A DNA stretch of 64,000 nucleotides from Eledone cirrhosa (lineage: Eukaryota). Shown one piece after another: positions 12,604 to 25,063 of this stretch; position 1 is the stretch's first letter, and each line of letters opens with the position of its first letter. The stretch covers positions 2,232,001 through 2,296,000 of the forward strand of contig OZ024747.1 in assembly GCA_964016885.1 (NCBI GenBank), in the 5' to 3' direction. Both the position numbers and the translations under genes were made by a program. Under the pieces are notes generated by a model. It was not told where the DNA came from. It was given only the letters and a program-made list of their open reading frames with translations, and searched no databases.

Positions 12604-15258
12604 TTATTAGATGCAACATTTTTGGAATGTTTTACATATATTTACTGTTCCATTAATGGACTGTACTTGTAATTTCCTAACTAGTTGTGTTCTTTCTGTT
12701 CCTGTGAAGCCTAGCTTCTCGAGATTTGTATTGAGGCAGTTACTAACATACCCCAGTGCCCCAATAATCACAGGCATAAATCTGAAGGTGTAATCAGGGT
12801 GGAGTATCTGCAGATTTCTCATCAGTTCTGCATAAATATACTCCTTTTCGCTAAACTTTGATATTATATTGGCATCTGCTGGGCAGCTAATTTCCACTAC
12901 TGTGCATGCTTTCTTCTTCCTGTCCCATATCATAATATCTGGTCTGTTATGTCTGCATTTTATTGGGGTTTTTACTGGAACATTCCACCAATACTCTTTC
13001 ATATTATGTATGTGGATGTCTTACACATTGTTGTAGCTTTTAATGTGTTTATTATCGGGGCTATCTTTTTTAGAAACTGCATTGTACAGTGTTTTGGCCA
13101 CTACATCATGCCTCATAGGTAGATAGTACTGCGATGACATCTTTGGACAGCTGCTGATGACATGGGTGATATCCTCGATGTTAGTTTTGCAGAGTCTGCA
13201 CTTGTTATCACATCTAAGTGTTTTGCCTGCATCCCTATCTCTTTTGTGAATCAGGTATTTTGTGTTAATCTCCTGTCCTTGGATTGCAAAAGCGTATCCT
13301 TCAAAGTGGGAGCCAATATAGCGGTTGTTGGTCCAAGATAGACTACTTTCCTTATCTATATTACTCTCACTCTGGAGCTTCCTGGCAACATATCCATGCA
13401 TGATATTTTGCTGATAGGCATGCAGTTTTTCATCCATGGATTCACTGCGATACTGCTGAGATACTGCGACTTCCCTGGATGTGAGGTTTTGATTATCACA
13501 CAGGGAATATCTCACGAGGAGTTCCTTCCCAACTCTCATGATCTTATTTCATGCAGATAGACTTGCTCGAGTGACAGGCTCCTACGCTTCGAAGTTCGTA
13601 GATGTTGTCGGAGGGATATGATGTGACATTCAAATGCTGTCTGGACTGGTGTTAGGCCTCTGCCTCCCTGCTTATGTTTCAAGTAAAGGCGGTTTATGTC
13701 ACTGTTGATGTGGAAGTTTCTGGTGTTGTTTAGTATTTTTCGAGTTCCAACATCAACTGCTCGGATTTCGTCTATCGTCCAATTGAGTATTCCAAACGTT
13801 GGTGTTAGGACAGGCACAGCAAACACATTGTGAGCCACTGTTTTATTTTGTGCAGAGAGTTCCGATGACCAAATCTTTCTTATTACAGATACCCTTTATA
13901 GGATATGTTCTCATCTATCCCCAGGTATCCGTAGCAGTCCTCATCACATATCAGTGAAACAGTTAGGCCATTGATGACAATGTTGCTAGATTGGGTTGTT
14001 GTTTTTACCCGCTTTACAGTCATGTTTGAGCATTTATCTTGGCCAAACTCTATTCCTATATCCTTTGAGAACATTGTAACCAGGTCAAGATTTTTCTTCA
14101 TCTCATCCATGTTCTTGGCATAGAGTTTCAGATCGTCCACAAAGAAATTATGGGTTAGGTTCGTATTTCTGTCCTCCTGTGAGCCAATGATGTATCCCTC
14201 ACATTTCTTGAGCAGAAAGGACAAGGGGTTTAATGACAAGATGAATAATATCACAGAGAGACTGTCCCCCTGAAATATACCCCTGTGATATTTTATTTTA
14301 TCAGTGAAAATAGAGTCCTCCCTCTCCGTCTTTAACCTTAGGATAGTAGCCCAAGAAGAAGACTGCCTCTCTATGGCTCTGATAATAATGTCTGGGACTT
14401 TAGTAAGTTGGAAGGCCTCTATCATCTAAGAGTGGGGAACAGAATCGAAATCTTTCCTGTAGTCCAGCCAGACTGTAGCCATATTCCTCCTAAGTTGTCG
14501 CACCTCCGACATTGCATCTTGTTGATTAGGAGTTGTTCAGCTCATCCCCAAACCCCTTTCTTTCCAGCTGCTTGTTCATCTGTGATGATGTTATTATTTT
14601 CACAGTGATCTTGTAGGAATAGGTTCAGGCAGGCTGTATACATCTTATACATCAGGTTCTGGCATGTAATGGGTTGGTAGTTTTTTGCCAAGTGGGTGTC
14701 TTTGTTCTTGGGGACCAATAATGTTTGTGCTAATGTCAACCATTCTGGTATAAGTGTATCTCCCTTAAGAACTTGTTGGTAGAGGTCAGTAAAATACCTC
14801 TGATAGAATATCAGTTTTTTGTACCAGTAGCCGACAATCATGTCTCTTCCTGGTGTTTTCTTATCTTGGAGTTTTCCTATCACAGTCTCAAGGGTACCTT
14901 CACTTATTTCGTATGTTTTTGTTGTAGTGTAGGAGCAATATTTCTTTCGGATTTCTCTTAGCTGCACTGTATCTTGGTTGAAATTCTTCTTTTCACCCCA
15001 TATTTTGCTCCAAAAGGAATCTATGTCTTTCTGGGATGGGGCCTCAGTGACACTTATTATTTTGTTCTTTATATCTCTATAGACTGATGTTTGGTTTCGT
15101 CTGAATCTTTTATTAAGCACTTTTCTCTCATCTACCTTCTTCAGGTATCAGCGTTTTTCACTAACAACTCTCAATTCTTGTTTGAGGGTGATCAGCTTAT
15201 ATAGGAGAGTTCTGGTTCTACTGTTACCAAACATCGTCTCTATTTTATTTTTCACTCT
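12604..15258 (-). mobile_element. Degenerate 5'-truncated non-LTR retrotransposon, R4/Dong-like (RT + CCHC finger + RLE endonuclease)
   Basis: Consecutive minus-strand ORF fragments contain KTPGRD, NYQPITC, GIFQGDSLS, FFVDDLKLY, GGRGL, CRLCK..HVISSC, RHD and HNRPDI..VVEISCP, broken by stops and frameshifts. Confidence 0.9.
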
Positions 15259-16156
15259 TTGTTGGTGAGGAGTGAGGTTTTTTTGTGTTTGTTTGCATGT
15301 AATGTATGTATGTATGTATGTATGTATGTATGTATGTATGTATGTATGTATGTATGTATGTATGTATGTATGTGTGTGTGTGTAAATATGTATGTGTGTA
15401 TGTATGTATATATTTATCTATCTATCTACCTATCTACACACACCCCTATATATATCCTAATACATGCACACACACACACACACACACACACACCACATAT
15501 ATATATATATATAACATATGCAATAAGAGAGTTGGTTGATCTTTCTTATTGTATTTAGTGGATGACGAAGGAACAGAATAATTGTTGAGACAACAGAATA
15601 ATTGTTGAGACACTTATATTCATCCAACCAATGCTAACATGGAACAACAGATATCAAATAATGATATGTGTGCCTGTGTTTAATTTTCTCTGACTTTGTA
15701 TATCTACTTATATCTACACGTCAATTTATATCTACCTATATGATATATGTATGCTTTATAAGTTGTTTTGTATGTGTTTAAGACGTGTAATGGCACAAAA
15801 AATGCCATCATAACTGAAATAACCAAATCATGACAGTCCATGAAACACTCTATCACAGCAAAATGTCAGAAATAATGGAAACCTCAGAGAAGACAACAGC
15901 TTCTATTGAAGTTACAACTTACTACAACTTACTGATAAAGAAACTTCTGGCATAAGTTTGTTGCTTAACCAGAATATGTAGGATATCTAAATGCTGAATA
16001 TAATCAATGGAGTAATGAAGAACTATCAGACCCTATAATAACCTTTCATGACCATATTTCTAATTAAATAACTTATCTATTTTTTTAGTTAACTTCAAAA
16101 AGAATCTAATAATTTAGAATTTGGAGTAAAATAACTATTTCATTATTAATTTGGTT

Positions 16157-16430
16157 TGTAGCGACTAGTGCCACCTTGCCCAGGAAGAAAAAAACTAATT
16201 GGAGTTACTTCCCGTTGAATTCTAGAGGATTCCTTGAACTTCCGGTCTAGGGATTATAAAGGAGGGAGAAAAGAGACATCTTGGCTTATTTAGCGACGGC
16301 TCTCGGACAGTTCACTCACGAGCAAGTTTGTTAACCTTATTATATCTGTATCGAATTAAATTAGTGGTTGGCCTGCAGTGGCGTTTGCCAAATAACCCTG
16401 TGACTAATTCACTAAAGGTTTGACCAATTG
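16157..16430 (+). mobile_element. Possible LTR fragment
   Basis: Starts TGTAGCG, contains tataaa and a later attaaa, CpG-containing island; no 3' CA with TSD found. Confidence 0.3.
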
Positions 16431-16431
16431 A

Positions 16432-16630
16432 TTGGCAGGATCAGGAGAGTGTGACACTTCACGGCATTGATTTACAATCCCTTTACATTCTCATTTCAAA
16501 TCTGATGTTATCTTTGCCTTTCATCCATAAGGGGTCAATAAAATAAAGTATCAGTAACACTGGGGCCGATTTAATTGACTTTTCCATTCTCCAAAATTGT
16601 TGGCCTTGTGCCTAAATCAGAAACTAGTAT
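16432..16630 (+). mobile_element. SINE family A copy
   Basis: ctttgcctttcatcc..ggggtcaataaaataaagta..tggccttgtgcctaaatcagaaac. Confidence 0.7.
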
Positions 16631-16894
16631 TAAGTTGGGTTTTGGAGTACAATGAAGAACTTTTTACATAAAACTATTATGTGAGGTTTTAATTTATTTA
16701 TAAAGATTTTAAAACAATAAATTTGTTATCATAAACCAGAAGCCACCTTGGGTGTTTCAATATCAAATGGGTTAAAATATAAGATCAAGAATATTTATCC
16801 CAAGAAATGCTACTAGTCTCTTCTTTATGTTTTAAGTTCAAATTCTGCTAAGGTCAACCTTTGCCTTTCATACTTCTTAATCCACTTATTCCTG

Positions 16895-17232
16895 AGAGGG
16901 TCATTGGGGCAGAATCCTCAAACACTCCTTCCATTGGGTCCTGTCATAATCAACTATCTGAAACTGATCTGACTGGATCCCCAAGTGAGACCATCACGGA
17001 TGTTATCTATCTTGCTCAGGGTCTACTCCTAGGTCTCCTGCCGTTTGGTTTTGCCTGTAAAATCTGTCCAGTGATTCTTTCTTGAGACATTCTAACCACA
17101 TGCCCTTAATATCGGAGCTGTCATCTCACAATTCATAGAAGAAATGTCTCTACCTGGAGTGCCTCTCTTATCTCCAAGCTACACACTCTATCAAGTAACA
17201 TTACTCCAAAGACCCTTCGGAGGATCGCTGTG
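16895..17232 (-). mobile_element. RTE-clade LINE 3' fragment (Rex3/Expander-like)
   Basis: Minus translation ILRRVFGVMLLDRVCSLEIREALQVE..QLRY*GHVVRMSQER..GRRPRSRP; homologous to 45213-45750. Confidence 0.75.
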
Positions 17233-17246
17233 TAATGAGAAACTAT

Positions 17247-17470
17247 TATATATACCTGTAAATAAGTCAAGAAATATGACAAAAAAAAAATCGATTTCAA
17301 AGACAATATTTTGCCAATTTTCACTAATTTCAAAATTCTATGTAAATGAGGTGCTAAAATATTTTTGTTTTGGTTGTAAATATTGCACCAGTTTCACTTT
17401 GGAGGTGAGTATTTCTCAGATATAAAATAGGGGTCAACTTATATTTAGATTGGCTTATATTCAAGTATAT
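17247..17470. mobile_element. Possible Tc1/mariner-pogo MITE
   Basis: Degenerate inverted ends tatatacctgtaaataagtc and ggcttatattcaagtatata, TA-flanked; truncates the RTE fragment. Confidence 0.45.
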
Positions 17471-18184
17471 ATATATATATATATATAGTAAGTTTGATAT
17501 TTATCAGATATACACTCACCACTAAAAATTGAAACCTTGTGCTTGTTTTAGGTAAGAAGAGTGTTGTTTCTTATATATGATAATGGCTGAAGACAAGTAT
17601 AAATAAGGAAGCCATTTGAAGAATATATCTTGTTGACATATTGTGTAGAATGATGATTTTGTTCTAGGCTGATACTTGGAGAGTCAATTGCTGTGACTGA
17701 AATAAAGAATTTATTGATATATATTCCATTACTACTAGGCTGGTTCTGAAAGCAGCTAAGTACTGCCAGAGGCATGTCAAAGTCTCCACTTTGTTGACTT
17801 CTATCCAGGGGTAATTATTGCTGTCTTATCAGTAATCAATTCAGATCTAGTGTTCTAATATACTTATTTTAACATGGTGGCAACTGTAAGGAAATAAGTG
17901 TAATTTCTCTCTGGATGGTTTAAATATAGAAACTAGATGTGTATAAAGATGCAATGACCAGACATTACACAACATGCTTACAGATCACAAGTTCAAATCT
18001 ATTAGTAGCATTTCATTTTATTTTAGTGTAGAACATTATATCCTAAGTTGCTTCAGTTCATCTATCTTTTAGAAATATCTACCAGCGAAATGGCAGAAAC
18101 AGTGAAGTACTGAACAACATCAAAATGTATTGTGGTAGTTAATTGTGAATCCTTACATTTTGAGTTCAATCCTGCTTGGGACAA

Positions 18185-18420
18185 CTTTGTATAAGTTGAA
18201 AACAAACGGTTTCTCCCTACGTACAAAAGGAAGGCTGTATGAGGCTTGTGTGTGGTGCATGATGCTGCATGATAGTGAAACATAGGCTGTGATCACAGAG
18301 GACATGCATAGCCTGGAGAGAAATGAAGCAACCATGTTTCGTTGGATGTGTGATGTAAATGTAAGAGAAATGCAGAGCTTAGATGAGCTGAGAGAGAAAC
18401 TGGGCCTAACTGGAATCTGT
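18185..18420 (+). mobile_element. RTE-like LINE fragment
   Basis: GFSLRTKGRLYEACV..MLHDSET*AV..LERNEATMFRWMC..ELREKLGL. Confidence 0.7.
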
Positions 18421-18539
18421 GGTGGTGCGTTGGCTGTTGGTTATGGTACTGGAGATGATAAGAGGAAGTTGGCCACTACTGATAAGTAGTTAGTTGCTTT
18501 ACATTTCAGTGTGCGGAGGTACCCTTCAACTGTTTTCAA

Positions 18540-18964
18540 CCCTTTAGTTACCAACCCGGCCAAAAACGGGCCCTGGTTCAATGAAATAAAACCACCTATT
18601 TTAAAGGTTTCTAAACTAAAATCTTCCAACATTATTTTATATAAGAATGGTGAATTGGCAGTATCAGTAGAGGGTCGGACATGCTTTCCAGCATAGTTAC
18701 GTCACTTTACGATCTGAGTTCAAATCCCGCCGAGGTTAACTTTGCCTTTCATCCTTATGGGGTCGATAAAATAAAGTACCAGTAATGTACTGGGATAATT
18801 GCTGGCCTTGTGCCAAAAGTAGAAACAATTATTTTATATAAGAACCTTACATAAAGTTACTATCTTAGTAAAGAAATAGTTAATAATTTTAGCAAATCCC
18901 TAAAAAATTCTCATTAATGAATCAAAATAGAATATATTTCATTAGAAATGTGTTCATGAAAGGG
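18540..18964. mobile_element. piggyBac-like MITE interrupted by a SINE
   Basis: tcaa|CCCTTTAG ... GAAAGGG|TTAA; the SINE with TSD is nested at 18648-18827. Confidence 0.65.
18648..18827 (+). mobile_element. tRNA-derived SINE, family A (Meta/MESC-like core), with 17-bp TSD
   Basis: A-box-like tggcagtatcagt, B-box gagttcaaatcc, core gcctttcatcc..ggggtcgataaaataaagtaccag; attattttatataagaa duplicated at 18631-18647 and 18828-18844. Confidence 0.85.
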
Positions 18965-20284
18965 TTAAAGTGTTGGAAGGGTACAGTTGATTAAGTTGAG
19001 TACAATGCTTAAATGGTGATATTTATTTTATTGAACTTTAGAAGGACAAAAAGCAAAGTTGACTTCAATGGGATTTGAACTCAGAATATTTATAAACTCA
19101 GAATATTTATAAAGTTTTAACTAAATACTGCGAGATAAAATGGATCAACAGAAACATTAGAGTGTTGGACAAAATATCTAATACTCTAATAAAGGTTTTC
19201 ACACTCATTTTATTTGTGAGTATTGTGGTATGTCATTACACAGCTATATTTCTAACATATTCCATCAGCTTTTGTATCTACAAATTTAATATATTTCTTT
19301 TATATATATATGGTTTCAGTGATCTTGAAATGGGGTTATTATATTACCTTTAGGAAGAAATTACACATCTTTTATGCTGTAAATTAATTCATTCTTGTTT
19401 CCCATGTTCATGTCTTTTTTATTTGATAAGTTATCTAATAGAATTTAAATAGAATATTTGTGTGATATAAGGAAACCTTTCAGTATATATCCTTTTCCTT
19501 TAGAACTATTTTCAACTCCTTTAAATCTCATTTAATTTGTGAGGAAACAGAGTTATTTAAATCATTCCAATCTGCTGAATAAGGAAGGTTCTTGTTCAAG
19601 TTGAACCCCTCTCTTTTGCTTTTCTTAATATACATTATATTGATTATTTTAAATACCACTTTTCTCTGGTTTACATCTTGTGAAAAACAAACACAGAAGA
19701 AGAAAATCTTTTTCTCATGCACAGTTTATAAATTACTTTTTTATTTTTTTTTATCTCCTTGCTCCTTTGAATATTGATAGTTTTATGCAAATGAAATTAT
19801 TGCTAAATCATTTTATGAGTAATCTTTTGAAAAGAAAACCAACAAAGTGTTGTTAACAAGAAAACAATACTTTCTGCTCTGCAAGTTTTACTTACACTCA
19901 ATTGTTTCTTGAATTTTAAATGATAATCTTTTTAAACTTCAAAGAAATCTTTATTTCTAATTTATTATTTTATTATATATTTTTTTTATTGTTTCACATT
20001 TATCACTTATTTACTGAATGCACTTACATCAAAGTGGAAGCTCGCAAATAATTTAATAAAAATATCTTTTGAATACCGTGTGCTAACATGATGCAGTCTT
20101 TCTCGTTCACCCTTAAAAACAATACAGGTGTCTTTAGTTAATTATGTTTAATCAGCAGGGGATTGTAAGGGAAAACTGATTTGGCTTTCAAATAGCAAGG
20201 TTCTCTTTTTTTTTGTGGTGGTGAGGGTTACGGTGTGTCTATACTTTTATTTTTATTTTTGTAGTTTTTGTTTCTTTTCTTTTA

Positions 20285-20317
<33 letters not shown>

Positions 20318-22091
20318 CATCATCATCATTTGTTTTTTAACTTATCTTTTTTTTTTTGCTAATTCTTCTTCCGAATTAGGATAATATCTGATAGTGCTCA
20401 TGGTGAGTTGGCAAATTCATGTTGAAGCTGTGAGAATTCTGCTAGAAGTTACTGAAATTCTTTTGTAGTTCTGTATCGCTGTTAGGCATCAGGAAGATGA
20501 GATGAGAGTAATCTCAACGTAAAATTATGATTGCACAACTTTCCACAGTTCTTAAATCAGACATCATGTATACCCGTTAACATTCTAACCTATGATTTAT
20601 TTCCTTTTCTACAATCCTACATTAGATGTCATGTGTATAATTTACTAGATTACACAATTTACTTAGTAGCAGCTGGGGGGGTTATACCATAGTTTAAAGA
20701 GTGTAACAGTAAGAAATACATTCACATTCTAATAAAACAAATGTATTACCTTTTCACACGACTCAATGATTTCATTCACAACAATTTTCTCTATAACTTA
20801 TTTCTAAGATCTTGCACTAAGGATTAGAATATATCTTGCTGATGAGATCTAATGAAGTTGAAACATATCAAGAATTGGTACCATATTGCCAAAGATCAAA
20901 CACTCTCTTCTTCGTTCTCTAATTCATTAATTTTAATTAGTTATAATTCCAAGTTTTTTTCCTGCTTTTCTTGACCAGAATTAAACATTGTGATAATGAT
21001 TTTGTTTTTCTCATTGCTAAAAGATGTAATTTTAACTTACATGGCTTACTTCATTAAGCTGGGTTGTACCAATAATTACATTTTCTATTAAATTACATAA
21101 CTTTTCCCAGCCCAGTCTTGGTGTTAACCAGATTAAACAATCTGAATAATTGGCAGGATTGTCATAGATGTAGGTTTGCTACATCAAGACACTTGGGACT
21201 AAACAACAACAATGACAGAGCCTCTACATAGTTTATGGTGATGCTAGAATTAGCAGTTAAATTTCCTTCAAATCACATCTTACCATCTTAAAAATGATAA
21301 CACATATTTAATATTGTAATCCTAGATACAGTATGTCTGAAAAAGGAACATAAAAGACTGATGAGGCCTAGAATGTATAAATTTAAAATATAAAAAGAAG
21401 GTGCATAAAGGAAAAATCTATGACACATTATTTACAAAGAAGAAAATAAAAAGTTCTTCGGAATGGAATGAAGTGGTTCATTATTGAGAATGTGTTAATA
21501 TATATCTAAATATATAACTAAATATATATTTAAATATATATTTAAATATATATTTAGATATATATTTAGATATATATTTTTACATCTTTTGAGTCTGGAG
21601 GTGTTGCATCTTTGCACTCAAAATGATTCCAGACAACCCCAGCCATCAATTGTAATCAGGTATAACTTAGTAGTATGTACCATGATTTTGCTGAGGGTTT
21701 TAGGTCCCCATGTAGTCCTGAGTACACAAAGACACTCTCTCAACCTTCCCTCTCATCAAAGATATGACAGCTGGAAAGAACGAGGGATGCATTTCAAAAA
21801 TATGAAGGTGAAAGAGTACTTTAAGAAGTTTGAACTCAGAATGCAATGACCCGGAATAAATATCCAAAGCTTTAAGGACTCCTGTCAAATTAATCATCTT
21901 GGGTTTGTTATCTGTAACTGAAGACAGTTGGGAGGATTTCTAACTCAGTACAAAACAAATATCACAAGGACATTTGTTTCTAAATCATCATTTGTTGTTG
22001 TTTTTGGGGGGTTTGCTATACACTGCATATATCCTTCATTAAAGATTTACACACATACAGATACGCCAGCAAGGAAAACAGATTTATGATA

Positions 22092-22372
22092 TGATGATGG
22101 TGGTTATGATGATTATGATGTGTGTGGTATGATGATGGTGATGGTGGTGATGATGGTGATGGTGGTGATGAGGATGATGGTGATGATGATGGTGATGAGG
22201 ATGATGGTGATGATGATGGTGATGAGGATGATGGTGATGGTGGTGATGATGGTGATGATGGTGATGAGGATGATGGTGATGATGATGGTGATGAGGATGA
22301 TGGTGATGGTGGCGATGATGATGATGATAGTGAAGGTGATGGTGGTGATGATGGTGATAGTGGTGATGATGA
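22092..22372. repeat. GAT/GGT triplet repeat
   Basis: Direct inspection. Confidence 0.9.
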
Positions 22373-22827
22373 TATACCTCCTCCATATATATCTTTATGA
22401 TAAAATGCTAGTGTCATGTGACAACCATTTTATGCTAGATTTGTTGGGGAAATAGTAAATTGATATCTCCCCCCTTCTCTCATTCTCTCTCTCTCTCCCT
22501 CACTCTATTTCTCTCTTTCACATGCACATACATAAACATACACACACACAAACACATACATATACATACAAACAAATACACACATACACACATACATATA
22601 CACACAAACAAACATACATACATACACACTCAAAAATACACAAACACACATACATATATATTTATGGACAACAGGCATTAGGATAGTCTCCCTCTACCAA
22701 ATTCCATTCACAAATGCATTGGTCTATCTGAGATTACATCAAAAGTCTCTTTAACTATTTCCTGTAGAATGAAGTAGAACCTGAAACCCAGACCTGAGGA
22801 CCGTGTGGTTATGAAGCAAAGTTCTTA

Positions 22828-23872
22828 GCTACACAGCTATACCCACTAAACACTACACAGCTACACCAACTACACAACTATACCCACTACACACTACACA
22901 CCTATACCAACTACACAGCTATACCCACTAAACACTACACACTACACACTTATACCAACTACACAGCTATACCCACTAAACACTACACAGCTACACCAAC
23001 TACACACTACACAACTATACCCACTACACACTACACAGCTATACCAACTACACAGCTATACCCACTACACACTACACAGCTATACCCACTACACACTACA
23101 CAGCTATACCAACTTCACAGCTATACCCACTACACAACTATACCCACTACACACTACACAGCTATACCAACTACACAGCTATACCCACTACACAGCTACA
23201 CCCACTACACACTACACAGCTCTACACACTACACAGCTATACCCACTACACACTACACAACTATACCCACTACCCACTACACACTACACACTACACACAC
23301 TACACACTACACCCACTACACAACTATACCCACTACACACTACACACACTACACACTACCCACTACACACTACACACACTATACACTACACCCACTACAC
23401 ACTACACACTACACACACTACACACTACACCCACTACGCAACTATACTCACTACACACTACACACTACACACTACCCACTACACCCACTACACAACTATA
23501 CCCACTACACACTACACACTACACACTACACACACTACACACTACCCACTACACACTACACACACTACACACTACACACTACACCCACTGCACAACTATA
23601 CCCACTACACACTACACACTACACACACTACACACACTACCCACTACACACACTACACCCAGTACACAACTATACTCACTACACACTACACACTACACAC
23701 AACACACACTACACACTACCCACTACACACTTCACCCACTACACAACGATAGCCACTACACACTACACACACTACACACTACACACACTACACACTACCC
23801 ACTACACACACTACACAACTATAGCCACTACACACTACCCACTACACACACTACACACTACACCCACACATA
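22828..23872. repeat. CTACACA-based minisatellite
   Basis: ctacacagctatacccacta units grading into (ctacaca)n. Confidence 0.95.
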
Positions 23873-24445
23873 CTATGTTCATAGTCTACTGCCAGCTTTT
23901 CTTTATTTTTCTCCTTTATCTGTGTAAAGTCCATGAGAGTTTGGTAGCATGAGACTGATTCTGGTTGTATTATAAATAAAAGAGAACGTGCATTGCAAAA
24001 GAATTGTGCTTTCTCTTTAAATTCTCATTCCATACACAATCTCCATACAACGTAAATCTCTGAAAATCTTCATTTAGATTAAACTCTAAATCTTAATTTC
24101 ATGTCTGAAATCTTAATTCAGGCATTAACTGGAACAGCTAGAATAATTTGCTATTTATAAAGTCAATATGGATGCCTAAACTAACAAAATATTGACAATG
24201 AAAAATATACTATAAGATAAATACTGGCCTGATGAATTGGTAGGAGGAATCTCAAACTTGAGATAACAATGTCCTATTATATATATATGTGTGTGCATGT
24301 ATGTGTGTGTGTGTGTGTGCATGTGTGTATATGTGTGTGTACATGTATGTGAGTATATGTGTGTATGCATTTGTATAAGTATAAAAATATACACATACAC
24401 ACATATATATATGGTATAATAAATAATACAGACACACAAACACAC

Positions 24446-24486
<41 letters not shown>

Positions 24487-24558
24487 AATATAGTGGTGGA
24501 ACACTGGAAGGTAATATCTGTAGTGGTAGGGCCCTCAGTCCATGGGACGAGTTAGGTT

Positions 24559-24703
24559 GAAGTGGTTACACAACAGTTAGTTCACCATACCGAGAACAAT
24601 TGTTTCACCTTAGCGGATCCTCAGCTCGTAATCTGAGCTGAGGATCCGCTAAGGTGAAACAATTGTTCTCGGTATGGTGAACTAACTGTTGTGTAACCAC
24701 TTC
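24559..24703. repeat. Perfect 69-bp inverted repeat (7-nt loop) containing two minimal hammerhead-like motifs; probable Penelope-like pLTR remnant
   Basis: 24559-24627 is the exact reverse complement of 24635-24703; core CTGAGGA..GAAAC-AATT-GTT. Confidence 0.9.
24633..24672 (+). ncRNA. Putative minimal type I hammerhead ribozyme
   Basis: ctgag-CTGAGGA-tccgctaaggt-GAAA-caattg-TT-ctcgg: stem I ctgag/ctcgg, CUGANGA and GAAA core, palindromic stem III; stem II is weak. Confidence 0.5.
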
Positions 24704-24936
24704 TATATATAAATATATATATATATATATATGTATATAAATGTTCATAAAAAAAGGTACAGTTGAAAAAAGGTACTCAATATGTTAGTACTTTTTTTTA
24801 TAGAAATGACATACTGGACAAGAACTGTTTCATTTGTGTGAAATCATTTAGACTTTCCTGATGATTTCTTACAAATGAAACATTATTATAAGAAAATAAA
24901 GGTTTATATATATATACACATCATTCCAACTTTTGT

Positions 24937-24972
<36 letters not shown>

Positions 24973-24973
24973 G

Positions 24974-25005
<32 letters not shown>

Positions 25006-25027
25006 TATACATCATTCCAACTTTTGT

Positions 25028-25063
<36 letters not shown>

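Noticed and set aside
21497-21580. AT-only near-palindrome of 12-bp units
   Set aside because: Low-complexity self-complementarity is expected for TA-rich slippage products.
22016-22455. His-, Asp/Gly- and Ser/Pro-rich ORFs (also 5821-6172 and 26556-27217)
   Set aside because: Triplet-repeat translations without splice or domain support.
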